DNA from: Sulfolobales archaeon
Lineage (GTDB): Archaea; Thermoproteota; Thermoprotei_A; Sulfolobales; AG1
Reading direction: 5' to 3'
Assembly (NCBI GenBank): GCA_038867615.1
Contig: JAWBYA010000004.1
Location: 96,001 to 160,000 of the forward strand
Length of the DNA stretch: 64,000 nucleotides
A program made the position numbers and the translations under genes. Of this stretch, positions 1 to 9,534 are shown piece by piece (position 1 is the first letter of the stretch; every line of letters begins with the position of its first letter). Below the pieces are notes generated by a model, which had not been told where the DNA came from, ran no database searches, and saw only the letters and a program-made list of their open reading frames with translations.

Positions 1-506
1 CTCTCGAGGAAACCGATCACGTGCTCCGCACTTGCATCACTATCTGCACACAGTGCTATTACAATCCTCCTTGCCCGTGGTGTTAGCAGCTCTTTAGGTG
101 TTTCACTAGCACATCTAGAGACAGCCATAGCCATGTCCACCACCTCCTCCAAGCCAGCGTCTGTCTCGATATAACCACCTGTAGATGAGGCTCTATAGCC
201 CCTAAGCCTTAAGAGATCCAGGAGGGGTTCTATATGGACAGGCCCCCCTATTATTCTCTGGAGATGCCTTATGCTCAGCTTGGCTGTGAGACCCCTGTTT
301 CCAGCACTGCTGAGGCGAGTGCTCCTTACAATCTCTTTGATGAGCTCGATAGCTTCTCTGGCACCGATATAGTTATCGTCAAACACGACTTTTATAACGC
401 CCCCATCTATGGTTGCGCTATAGATCCCTGGGATTTCTTCCGAGATCTTCTCAAGGATCTCTGAGCACTTGTTTCCACAACTTATAGTATAGCTTTTCTT
501 AACCAT
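1..506 (-). CDS. Crenarchaeal conserved protein, probably DUF2067 family (3' end runs off the window)
   Basis: Read manually: ATG at 506 opens MVKKSYTISCGNKCSEILEKISEEIPGIYSAT...EPLLDLLRLRGYRA...IETDAGLEEVVDMA, uninterrupted to position 1; family call is from recollection. Confidence 0.6.
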   Translation of the reverse strand, partial: MVKKSYTISCGNKCSEILEKISEEIPGIYSATIDGGVIKVVFDDNYIGAREAIELIKEIVRSTRLSSAGNRGLTAKLSIRHLQRIIGGPVHIEPLLDLLRLRGYRASSTGGYIETDAGLEEVVDMAMAVSRCASETPKELLTPRARRIVIALCADSDASAEHVIGFLE

Positions 507-560
507 CCCACGGCTCCAGATCTATATCGTCAATAAGCCCTAATATCTCAAAACCCGGAT

Positions 561-1442
561 CTACACTCTTATTCCCAATAACCCTGCCACAAACGATCCT
601 ATTATATATAGTACTGCTGATACTCCCAGTATGATTGCTGTTGTCTCTGTTATCTCTCTGAGATAGCTCCTCCCATGAAGAACCGAGCCGTATGTCGATA
701 TATACGCCAGTATCACTATCGATAGGACTATAGATAGTGCGAAGGCTAGAAAGATCTCGTGGACTATGAAGTAGGGTATAGCTAGGATGACAGCTGTTAA
801 GAAATACGCAATACCAGTATACATAGCAGAAGTCGCAGGCCTCCCCATATTCCCTTGCTTAGCCTGAGCATAGGCTGCAGCAGCCATGGCCATAGAGGCA
901 GCAATCCCTGCTATGAGCCCAGCGATCCCTGCCATCACGGTGTTCTCATACACACCAAGAGTCCCGGCATGTATTCCCGAGATCTCTATTATTGCGTCAG
1001 AAAGGCCTAGAACTATGAAGCCTAGATAGGTTATTCTCTCCTCCTTAATACTATCTATAAGCATGTTCTCATGACTAATCTCGTCGGATATTATCCGCTC
1101 CAGCTCTTCTCTCTCGGGACCGCTCAACATTGGTAGGGCTTTCTTATACCTCTCTATAGTCTCGTTCTCCTTCCTCTCAAGGATCTTGATCGCTGTTGTA
1201 ACACCAAAGATCAAGGTCATTATCAATGCTGCTAGAATCCTCAACCACGCTAGCCTCACGCTACACCCACCGGTGAGGGATGACCAGAACCTATAGTGTC
1301 TCTCCTCATGGGAAGCCATCTCTACAAGAATCCCTCTAGCATGTCTGGGTACAAAGGGCATCTTGGAGAGCCACCTATATATAGCTCCATCTATATATTC
1401 ATCCTTGCAAGAGGCTAGAGCTATGCTTGATAGATCTACCAT
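561..1442 (-). CDS. Rubrerythrin/ferritin-like domain fused to a VIT1/CCC1 iron-transporter domain
   Basis: ExxH motifs (EERH, EISH) in the N-terminal half, then IVLGLSDAIIE and AAAYAQAKQ transmembrane region; likely start MVDLSS at 1442 (ORF track 1529). Confidence 0.8.
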   Translation of the reverse strand: MVDLSSIALASCKDEYIDGAIYRWLSKMPFVPRHARGILVEMASHEERHYRFWSSLTGGCSVRLAWLRILAALIMTLIFGVTTAIKILERKENETIERYKKALPMLSGPEREELERIISDEISHENMLIDSIKEERITYLGFIVLGLSDAIIEISGIHAGTLGVYENTVMAGIAGLIAGIAASMAMAAAAYAQAKQGNMGRPATSAMYTGIAYFLTAVILAIPYFIVHEIFLAFALSIVLSIVILAYISTYGSVLHGRSYLREITETTAIILGVSAVLYIIGSFVAGLLGIRV

Positions 1443-1715
1443 GTCTCTGGCACCACTCAATCTACCAGCCAGTAAGAATAGTTTTTTAAGAGTATAAATA
1501 CGGAGCCGGCATGGGTGCCCCTTTACCAAGAGTCCCGGGCTTTATTAGCTTATTCTCCTCTAATACCAGCTGTCCTTCTTTTGACATTATAAACACCGAC
1601 ATCTCCAGAGCGATCCCCAGCTATGGTTCTATGAATACAATACGAATATGACACGGATAAAAACATAAGGGATTCTTAGTGAAACCGAAAAGGTTTGCCA
1701 ACATATGGGAAAGGA

Positions 1716-3131
1716 CTATTCTCCTAGGATCTTCTTTAGAGCTGGGTACGCCTCTATAGCCCTTTCCCTCATTATCAATAGATAGTACTGCTCCACAATA
1801 CCTATTGATAGCAGTATCCCTACACCAGATCCGTATGCAAGGGTTAGATCAGCTATTATCACCAACGCAACAACTATCAATGTGCTTAGAAGCGTTAGTG
1901 GGTATATATACTTCCCAAGGATAGCTTCAAGAACCTTCGGATTTCTCCTAAGTCCAGGGATCTCTAGCCCTGCCTTTATTAGTTTCTCAGCCTGTCCTGA
2001 GGGGTTGAGACCAGCTACTTCAACCCACATGAATGCGAAGGCTAGAGCTAGTAATGTGAATAACACTATATATATAGCAACCCTCGTAGGATCGGCTATG
2101 AGTTCTAAATAGCCCCTGGGGGGTGATAGGTATATCAGTATTTGCTCGAGAAAGCCTGCAGCACCCGTGCCTGACAGTATTGCTCTGAATATCAGGAAGT
2201 CTGCGAACAGTATTGATACCAATAGGACTGGCATGTTGGTTACGTAGAGGAACTGGAGTGGAACCCTCGTTTTGAGCCCTCTGAGCCTCTGTGTTGTTAC
2301 CGGTATATAGACCTTCATTCTCTGGAGATATATGAGAACTACAGCTATTACCACGAATGAGAGAAGCCCTAAGAGTCCTGGGAGGTATCCGAGACTTGGG
2401 TTATATCTAACAAATATGTTCTCTATAGATAGACCCTCATTGAGAGAGCTATAGACTATATATGGTATGAATCCCAAGGGCTCCTGTGATCCCGTGCTAA
2501 CGGGGAATGGCGAGAATAGATCGTTAACTATAACGCCTGCTGTCCCGGCTAGTATGAATAGCGATATACCGCTCCCTATACCCCAGCCCTTCTGGAGCAT
2601 CTCATCAAGCAGAATCACTATCAATGTAGCCCCTACAAGCTGTGCCCATACGAAGAACCTTATGAGCGGGTCTGCCCTGACATCAAATACCGGGTTGGGG
2701 CCTGTTAACTCCCAGAAGTTTGAACCAACTATTACGAAACCCCCGGCCTCAACACCCGCTATTACTAGTGCGAGTGATTTCTGTGCTAGCGTGAACGTCC
2801 TCCTACCCTCGGGTTTAGATAGATCTAGATCTACTAGCTTAGATCCTACTAGGATCTGCATAATAAGCCCAGCAGTAACTATAGGGCCTATACCTAGCTG
2901 GGCTAAAGTGCCTTGGGATGATGCGAAAACAACCTGGACTATTGTTGGGAGGGCTGCAGCTGCACCAGCTGTATGCTGGATCCCATAGATAGGTGTAGAT
3001 GCCATCAATATATAGATAGCGAGTGCGAGGAAAGTGTAGAGAAACCTCATACCAAGGCTAGGCTTAATAGCAGGTTTCGGGACGCCAGGTATATACTCTC
3101 CCATTGATGCAAATACCCGTAGAACTCCCAA
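1716..3131 (-). CDS. secY: Preprotein translocase subunit SecY (Sec61alpha)
   Basis: GTLAQLGIGPIVTAGLIMQIL, LDEMLQKGWGIGSGISLFI, PLQFLYVTNMP, IPGLRRNP motifs; ~10 TM helices. Confidence 0.97.
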   Translation of the reverse strand: MGVLRVFASMGEYIPGVPKPAIKPSLGMRFLYTFLALAIYILMASTPIYGIQHTAGAAAALPTIVQVVFASSQGTLAQLGIGPIVTAGLIMQILVGSKLVDLDLSKPEGRRTFTLAQKSLALVIAGVEAGGFVIVGSNFWELTGPNPVFDVRADPLIRFFVWAQLVGATLIVILLDEMLQKGWGIGSGISLFILAGTAGVIVNDLFSPFPVSTGSQEPLGFIPYIVYSSLNEGLSIENIFVRYNPSLGYLPGLLGLLSFVVIAVVLIYLQRMKVYIPVTTQRLRGLKTRVPLQFLYVTNMPVLLVSILFADFLIFRAILSGTGAAGFLEQILIYLSPPRGYLELIADPTRVAIYIVLFTLLALAFAFMWVEVAGLNPSGQAEKLIKAGLEIPGLRRNPKVLEAILGKYIYPLTLLSTLIVVALVIIADLTLAYGSGVGILLSIGIVEQYYLLIMRERAIEAYPALKKILGE

Positions 3132-3426
3132 TCTCTTCCCATAAACTAGATTTTAGAGAACTTTTAAATAGATAAAGATATTGCTCTCCACAGCTTGGTG
3201 GAGATGGAACGTATCAGCAGATCGAAATTAATGTTAGAAGCCAGAGTCTAAGGAATTCCATAAACCGATATGTCCTTCGCATAGCAGTAATACGCATCAT
3301 AAAGGACATGAACATCGTGAGAAGATCGTGATCTATAGATTCACAGAGCCTTATAGACTGGCAATTAGGAAAGCCCCAGCCCTAAAACTGGAGAAAAAGA
3401 ATTAAGAGTTGTTGGCACCTTACATT

Positions 3427-3567
3427 TTATTTTGCGTATTTCTCAGGGTTTCTCTTGAAAGCACTTACACAGTGGCCGCAACAGAAGTAGTATGTCTTTC
3501 CCTTATACTCAACGCGATATTCTGTAGTTTCAGGAACCTCCATACCGCATACAGGGTCTCTAGGCAT
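3427..3567 (-). CDS. Small YHS/TRASH metal-binding protein (46 aa)
   Basis: MPRDPVCGMEV...YKGKTYYFCCGHC...FKRNPEKY; likely start ATG at 3567. Confidence 0.88.
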   Translation of the reverse strand: MPRDPVCGMEVPETTEYRVEYKGKTYYFCCGHCVSAFKRNPEKYAK

Positions 3568-3769
3568 ATTGCCACCAGGAAGATTAGATAATCGGAGGTA
3601 ATATATGGATTGGATTGGTATTGAAACCATAGTCTCATTGAGAATACATGCCTCATAAGATGAAAAGGTTCATAGGAATACCAATCCACCATGTATTTCG
3701 TAAAGACACAAGCAATAGCAATAGGTCAAAAGAAAAGAGTAAAATCGCGGAACCCCTACAGCAATAAGT

Positions 3770-3930
3770 CAGAGGCAAGCTATGAAGAAGAACTGTGGAT
3801 AGAGGGTTACCCAGAACAGATAGAGGCCGGCAACATTGGCTCCACCGATAGCGATCCTGAGACCGAGGAAGCCGATGAAAAGCGGTTGGTATAAAAATCA
3901 ACAGCTATGAAGCCCGAGCCCCTCAGAATA
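3770..3930. repeat. Degenerate dispersed repeat copy 1 (homologous to ~19885-20045); hydrophobic pseudogene-like fragment on the minus strand
   Basis: cctgagaccgaggaagccgatgaaaagcggttggtat...agcccgagcccc aligns nearly ungapped with tctgaggcctatgaagccaaggaaaaccagttggtat...agcccgaacccc. Confidence 0.6.
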
Positions 3931-3931
3931 G

Positions 3932-4396
3932 TTATATATTTAGGCTGAGATCCTCCTTTATTACTTTAACAACAACGAGGGTCGATGTTCTCTCGATCTC
4001 TGGCGAGTTGATCATGCTTTCAAGAAACTTCATGAACGCCTCTCTAGAAGGTGATTTGGCCAAGACAACAAAATCTATATCTCCTAAAACGAAATACACG
4101 GACTGCACATACGGGTATCTCGCAAGTGTCTCACCGATCTTTTCGTGATAACCCCTCCCATACTTTCCCCTTACAAGTGTTATTGTGATATATTCAAAGC
4201 CTAGCTTCTCCGGGTCTAGGATCGCTCTATACGATCTAACTATACCCATGGATTCGAGTTTCTTAACCCTATAATACACAGTGGGTTTAGGGATCTTTAG
4301 TTTCGATGCTATATAGCTATAAGAGGCCTTAGCATTCTCCTGAAGTATTCGCAGTATTTCAAGATCTATATTATCCATGTTATAACGAGAAGACAT
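3932..4396 (-). CDS. Lrp/AsnC family transcriptional regulator
   Basis: DNIDLEILRILQENAKASYSYIA...TVYYRVKKLESMGIV HTH; C-terminal RAM domain VLGDIDF. Confidence 0.93.
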   Translation of the reverse strand: MSSRYNMDNIDLEILRILQENAKASYSYIASKLKIPKPTVYYRVKKLESMGIVRSYRAILDPEKLGFEYITITLVRGKYGRGYHEKIGETLARYPYVQSVYFVLGDIDFVVLAKSPSREAFMKFLESMINSPEIERTSTLVVVKVIKEDLSLNI

Positions 4397-4891
4397 GTGA
4401 TTGAATGTCGAAACTATATACAGTCACCCTTTAAATTATCCATTTAACATTATTTATATAGCTTCCCGCTCATTATTTATATTGAAAAATAACGCTATTA
4501 ATAGACCATGCTCCGCACCCAATACACGAAGATCTAGCCAGGAGTTCTTTTCCAACAAATCATAACCCAGAGCACATAGGATCCCTAAATAAGTCTCTTA
4601 GATTCCATGTGGTAGTACAATAACTAGTCAGTCCTCTTATAGATTCCATTTTAGAATATAAATGGGTATAATTAATTGTTTTCATGTATCCTTACCATTG
4701 CTTGGCCTTAAGACTAAGCAGCAGCAGGCCGATCCTCTTACTGATACGTTATCTGATAGAGATTTGAAGACCTTGACCAGAATGACTCTGAATACGAGTT
4801 GGTCTCTATGTCTATTCTGAATAATGATGGAGACACCACCATGTTGATCCAGCAGAAAAACATAATTATTAATTATATACAGAAATAGAGA

Positions 4892-5180
4892 CCGTTTGTC
4901 CCTGGATGTTCATTCCACTCACTTTATTCATGGTCACATCCAAGGACTCCCACCCCAACCTGCAGGACCTCTATTCCTGTGGGTTCATGGGTGGCTGTCG
5001 AGCCAAACGGCACGCGGCTCCTATCTAGGGCTTGTGTGGGAGACCCACACCGAGGGCAATACATTTCAAGGACTATAAATACCCCCTGGGTGGTGGGGAA
5101 GCAGCTTTCGGGCATGCCCTGATACCCATGAAAATTTCCAAAGCCTATTAGTCCTCCCTATGTATACCAAAGAGAAACAG
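4892..5180 (-). mobile_element. Non-autonomous ~290-bp element, copy A (imperfect TIRs; possibly TnpB/IS607-derived)
   Basis: Starts ccgtttgtccctggatgttcattcc and ends ...ccaaagagaaacag; body aligns with 7227-7484, 20177-20262 and 41243-41522. Confidence 0.7.
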
Positions 5181-5194
5181 CCCCTGTGGACTCG

Positions 5195-5240
5195 GTGGGA
5201 TCTCTTGATATAGGAACGCTATACATTCAGAGATAAACGT
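5195..5240 (+). repeat. Truncated end of the same element family, opposite orientation
   Basis: gtgggatctcttgatat...acattcagagataaacgt resembles the family end acatccagggacaaacgg / acatccagagataaacga. Confidence 0.4.
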
Positions 5241-5253
5241 TAAGAGGGATGTA

Positions 5254-6495
5254 TTAGTTAATTATACCCACGATCTCCGCTACGCCTTTAAGCGCAAGGA
5301 ATATTGCTAGAGGTGCTTGTACCGCATAGTATGCCTCTATGTTTGCCTCGAACTCCATGCCGTAGAAGTTTATCTTTGGTATCCTTGCCATTGTCTTGAT
5401 CTTCATCTTCATATCCTCAAACGGTGAGAGCCAAGGCCCAGGTTCGAAGGACTCTATCTTTGAGACATCAACCGGGTATGCTTTAAGCCCTGTTTTGCCG
5501 TTGAGGGAGTTGGGTATCCTGACTAGCCTTGATATATCCATTGTGACCTTCTCATCTATATAGATCTCATAGAGATCCTTTCTCCACATGTCGCTAAGCA
5601 TTTCAAAGATCTTCTTGTTAATAGATTGTAGAGCACCTGTTAGATATGCCCTCACGTCTTTATCAACAACCCTCTCCTCTCTCAAATAGGCTCTTGCTAT
5701 CCTTGATGGTATTCCTCCGTCAACCGTCCTGGGCGGCATAATCATTGTCTTTCTAGCTCTACCACTCTTGATCTTATAGAAAGCCTCTGGCGAAAAACCA
5801 GATCCTTTTATATATTCAACCAGGATTCTCCTCTCCTCCCTGCCAAGGGATCTGAGGTCGTCTTTAACATAGCAGTGGATATGAAAACCCCTGTTCCCGG
5901 AGAATGTGACCTCCATAGAGGATCTCGAGACCCCCAGCTCCTCGACAAGAACATCGGATAGCATTACAGCTTGTCTTATGGCTAGCCCTATACATTGTGG
6001 ATCTATTATCTCTACCTCAGACACCTCACCGATCGACGAGCACCTATCCCCGGGATGCTCTCTCGTTAACTCGCTATCCCCAGGGCAGTAGTAGAGCTTC
6101 TGAACCGAACAGCCTGGGATATGGTCTGCATCTATATCGAACAATAGATCCGAGCCTCTCCAGCCCTTCTCATCCATCGATGGTGCTGAGGGTTGGAGGT
6201 ATACTGCTGATGAGTAGTAGAGGTGGAGAGGTGGTTTCCTGGCTAGGTATTGCCTAAGCTCGTCTGGAGATCTGAAGGATAGATGCCTAACATAGCTGGC
6301 AGAACCGAAAGGCTGTACAGCGAACTCCCTAAACTCTATATCGCTTGGGAGCTTTAGATCCGCCTTTGAATAATACCTCGAGAACAGATCCATCAGAATC
6401 TTATTACTATTACTCAGATCTCGGCGCGACGTAGAGGACAAGCCTTGCTCCCCGTGGCATCGAGATAGTAACCTTGCAGGGCTTATCACTGCCAA
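5254..6495 (-). CDS. priS: DNA primase small (catalytic) subunit PriS
   Basis: REFA, YYSSAVY, DLLFDIDADH, FSGNRGFHI, IDEKVTMDISRLVRIPNSLNGKTG; the true start is probably downstream of 6495, near the PCNA stop. Confidence 0.96.
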   Translation of the reverse strand: MAVISPARLLSRCHGEQGLSSTSRRDLSNSNKILMDLFSRYYSKADLKLPSDIEFREFAVQPFGSASYVRHLSFRSPDELRQYLARKPPLHLYYSSAVYLQPSAPSMDEKGWRGSDLLFDIDADHIPGCSVQKLYYCPGDSELTREHPGDRCSSIGEVSEVEIIDPQCIGLAIRQAVMLSDVLVEELGVSRSSMEVTFSGNRGFHIHCYVKDDLRSLGREERRILVEYIKGSGFSPEAFYKIKSGRARKTMIMPPRTVDGGIPSRIARAYLREERVVDKDVRAYLTGALQSINKKIFEMLSDMWRKDLYEIYIDEKVTMDISRLVRIPNSLNGKTGLKAYPVDVSKIESFEPGPWLSPFEDMKMKIKTMARIPKINFYGMEFEANIEAYYAVQAPLAIFLALKGVAEIVGIIN

Positions 6496-7168
6496 AGGCT
6501 ATCAACGCCTCCTCAGCAATAGAGCTTGCCTTAGCAACCTTGTCGAAATAGTCAATTGTATATGAAGCCCTCTCAACATTATCACTGCTATGATTATGCT
6601 CTATAAGACCCCCTGTATCTTTTGTCAGCAGGATCTCTGCTTCAGCCAGCTCGGAGGATCCTGTGATCTTAACCCCCTCAGGGGTTGATTGTAGCGTGAG
6701 CACCTCACCGATCTCCGAGATGATCTTATATGACGAGTGAAAAACCTGAGGATGCATACTCGCACTAACAGGAAAATCTATCTTAAGCTCTGGAACCTCC
6801 TCAACAGCCGTGCCGTGGAGAACTGGTACAGAGAATCTCCGCTCAAAACCATGCGGGGTTGCTAGAGAGACCCACGCACTCTTACCATCATACCCAATAA
6901 CTAGCTCATCCCTCTTACTAGCCCTCTTAAGAATCTTTGCCACAGCCTCAATACTTATTGGTACATTCGCCTCACCCTCAACATCGAATACCTCGAAACC
7001 CTCTCTAGGGATCGAGAATTCTATTAACGCAACATGGCTAGGATCCATAGCCCTTATCCTAAACCCATCATCAGAAACCCTGAAGGAGCCTACATCCACA
7101 AGATCCGCAACAGCTGATAACGAATAACGCCATACCCTGGCATCGAGAAACCTTATATTGAAGCTCAT
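6410..7168 (-). CDS. pcn: PCNA sliding clamp (paralog 1)
   Basis: IRAMDPSHVALI motif and C-terminal LYVAPR; likely start MSFNIRF at 7168; co-oriented upstream of priS. Confidence 0.95.
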   Translation of the reverse strand: MSFNIRFLDARVWRYSLSAVADLVDVGSFRVSDDGFRIRAMDPSHVALIEFSIPREGFEVFDVEGEANVPISIEAVAKILKRASKRDELVIGYDGKSAWVSLATPHGFERRFSVPVLHGTAVEEVPELKIDFPVSASMHPQVFHSSYKIISEIGEVLTLQSTPEGVKITGSSELAEAEILLTKDTGGLIEHNHSSDNVERASYTIDYFDKVAKASSIAEEALIAFGSDKPCKVTISMPRGARLVLYVAPRSE

Positions 7169-7226
7169 AAACCCACCAATAGATAGTAGATATGCATACC
7201 AATAAATAACAAGCCGTGGCATATTA

Positions 7227-7484
7227 CCGCTTGTTCTTTGGTGTTGATTCTACTCATTTTATTATTTATGGCCTTATCCATGGACCCCCACCCCAACCCG
7301 CAGGATCTCTAATCCTATGGAGACATGAGCAACCATCAAGCCAAACAACACATACCTCCCATCTAGCCCCCAGACGGCTTGAAGCAAAGCCCACACCACC
7401 CCGGGCCTGTGTGGAGAGACCAGCACTTAGAGCAATCCCATTAAAAGCCTATGAATCTTTCCTACGAATATAGAAACACACCAG
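7227..7484 (-). mobile_element. Non-autonomous element, copy B
   Basis: ccgcttgttctttggtgttgattc...ccaccccaacccgcaggatctc...agccaaac...catctagcccc...aaagcctat aligns to copies A and D. Confidence 0.65.
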
Positions 7485-7653
7485 TTACCAGATCCTTGAA
7501 ATGCGGAGATTAAGAAGATAAGAAGCTAAGGGTATGGTAATCGCACCGAATAGTATTAATTCTCATGAAGCAGACTACCAAGACCCGGGATAATAGTGGT
7601 AGCAATACATAGGGAGATCGATAAGACTTATACTCCTTTTAAACAGATAGCCC

Positions 7654-8184
7654 GTGGTGGTGGCTTTGGTAAGAGCCTTGATAATATCTGCAGACGGTTT
7701 TGAAGATATAGAGCTCCTATATCCTTACTACAGGCTACAAGAGCTCGGGATCGATGTTATAATAGCGGCACCCCAGCAGGGAGATATAGTGGGTAAAGTT
7801 GGCTATAAAGTAAAGGCAAGCATGTCCTTCAAAGAAGCAGTTAAACAGGACTTCGACATACTCGTAATACCAGGTGGCAGGGCTCCGGAGAGGGTTAGGC
7901 TTGAGGCAGAAGCACTCGAGATAGTTAGAAGATTCTTTAAGGAAGATAAGCCGGTTGCAACTATATGCCATGGACCCCAGGTCCTTATAAGTGCTGGTGT
8001 AGTGAGGGGCAGAAGACTTACCAGCTGGTGGGGTGTGAAGGATGATGTGATAGCAGCAGGGGGGATATGGATCGATAGCCCCGCGGTTGTTGACGGTAAC
8101 CTGGTTTCTGCTAGATACCCGCCAGATGAGCCTGAGTGGATGAGGAGCTTCATAGCTCTTCTAAGAGAGAGGAAGATACTATAA
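7654..8184 (+). CDS. pfpI: PfpI/DJ-1 family (type 1 glutamine amidotransferase-like) protease/deglycase
   Basis: DGFEDIELLYPYYRL, IPGGRAPE, ICHGPQVL nucleophile elbow. Confidence 0.93.
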   Translation: MVVALVRALIISADGFEDIELLYPYYRLQELGIDVIIAAPQQGDIVGKVGYKVKASMSFKEAVKQDFDILVIPGGRAPERVRLEAEALEIVRRFFKEDKPVATICHGPQVLISAGVVRGRRLTSWWGVKDDVIAAGGIWIDSPAVVDGNLVSARYPPDEPEWMRSFIALLRERKIL

Positions 8185-8277
8185 TCGATTTATACATAAG
8201 CATTTCTTTTTTATACATATCAGATCTAATATAAATCAGATCGCTTAAGCTTAAATAGATTTTAACATAACTATTGT

Positions 8278-8523
8278 GTGGGAGTTAGAGTGTCGATGAT
8301 ACGGTATGGAGGTATTATCGTAAACATGGCTGGAGTAGTTATGTTTTTTGAATCAGATCCAGAAGTACTTGCAGCAGAGAGAGGGATCCTACCAAGCGTT
8401 GTTAGGAACGACGAGCCAGATAGAGGAGACATAGATCTGGTGACAGAGACCAGGAAAGACTACCCAAGGCTTGTCAAAAAGAGCCCAAGTATGGAGGCCA
8501 TCATAAGGAACATAAAATCATAA
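8278..8523 (+). CDS. Small hypothetical protein
   Basis: 81-aa ORF with host-like codon usage after an AT-rich promoter-like stretch; no family recognised. Confidence 0.5.
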   Translation: MGVRVSMIRYGGIIVNMAGVVMFFESDPEVLAAERGILPSVVRNDEPDRGDIDLVTETRKDYPRLVKKSPSMEAIIRNIKS

Positions 8524-8624
8524 CACAGACCATCCGGCGTTTTTGAGTATTACAACACAACAACACATTAAACAACAGGGATCTCGATACTCAATATAAG
8601 CTAAGTAAAAATACCCAACGGTGA

Positions 8625-8651
8625 AATAGCTAAAAATCCAGGGACAAACAG
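8625..8651 (+). repeat. Isolated end of the non-autonomous element family
   Basis: atccagggacaaacag matches the family terminus (atccagggacaaacgg in copy A, atccaaggacaaacag in copy D). Confidence 0.5.
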
Positions 8652-8654
8652 TAG

Positions 8655-9038
8655 TTGGAGGAGCTTTTAATGCATAATGAGGAACCTATGGTAGGCGACT
8701 GTCTCGGATATCCCTGCATAGATCTGGATCTCAACGACGCAGAGAAGATCCTCAGCATACTAACAGAACGCCTTGGATACGTGACAAGCGATATCCAGGA
8801 TACACTGAGGATCATAGAGAACTTTGATGAGAGCTATAGATATGCGGTGAAGAAGTTCAAAGAATATCTAGTACCAGTAAAAAGCGAGAGCGACCTGATA
8901 AAAGGAAGGGTAGTTATAGATAGGGTCAAGCTGACCAGGATAGGCAATAAGAGAAGAATCCTAATAGTTTTTGATAGGCGTGTAAAGAAGGAGCTATTAG
9001 AAGAAGCGCTCTCAATTCTGAAAGAACAAAAAAGGTAA
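8655..9038 (+). CDS. Hypothetical protein
   Basis: 127-aa ORF with typical codon usage (DLIKGRVVIDRVKL, IVFDRRV); function unknown. Confidence 0.7.
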   Translation: MEELLMHNEEPMVGDCLGYPCIDLDLNDAEKILSILTERLGYVTSDIQDTLRIIENFDESYRYAVKKFKEYLVPVKSESDLIKGRVVIDRVKLTRIGNKRRILIVFDRRVKKELLEEALSILKEQKR

Positions 9039-9534
9039 CACAGAAAGACGCAAAATAATATAATACCAACCAACAAAGTTCATAAGCCACACATGCTATA
9101 AGCTAAGCCATCGATAGGGTTAGCGAGCTCTAAGCCACATAGATCCCCAGGATCCTATTTCGGAATACGATTCAACCCTGGATAAGAGAGATCGGAAGGC
9201 AAGAGCAAGGTTTGGTTAAAAACCCGCACATTTCATCGATCATAAAGATCGTAACACGGCATCACTCGCTATAACCTATGACTACACAATAACTCCCAAA
9301 ACTTCTCTGATCTACGCGTTGCCGAAACCACACCACATAAAACAAATAGCCCCAACACACATCAGGAGATGAAAGTAGAAATTCTACACCAACATACCCC
9401 AGCTTTTCTCCCATGCTTTATGCCTTGATCACTAAAGGTAATACTATATAAGCCATTATGAAGCAAGATAACCGGGCTAAGAGCATTAATACTTTTTCTC
9501 GCAATCATATTTAGAGAGGCTCTAGAGCCTCATA

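Noticed and set aside
234-464. 76-aa plus-strand ORF
   Set aside because: Antisense to the longer minus-strand gene at 1-506
3691-3894. 67-aa acidic ORF
   Set aside because: Overlaps the dispersed repeat; the homologous copy has a stop in this frame and the opposite strand is better conserved
4588-4650. Two similar motifs (agtctctta--gattccat, agtcctcttatagattccat) resembling crenarchaeal CRISPR repeats; similar single motifs near 14806 and 18381
   Set aside because: Only two degenerate units with a ~38-nt period, no intact GAAAG/CTTTC end and no cas genes; not an array
4924-5115. ORF with CPRCG as a zinc-finger protein
   Set aside because: Lies inside the non-autonomous element; the CxxC is not kept in other copies and has no second pair
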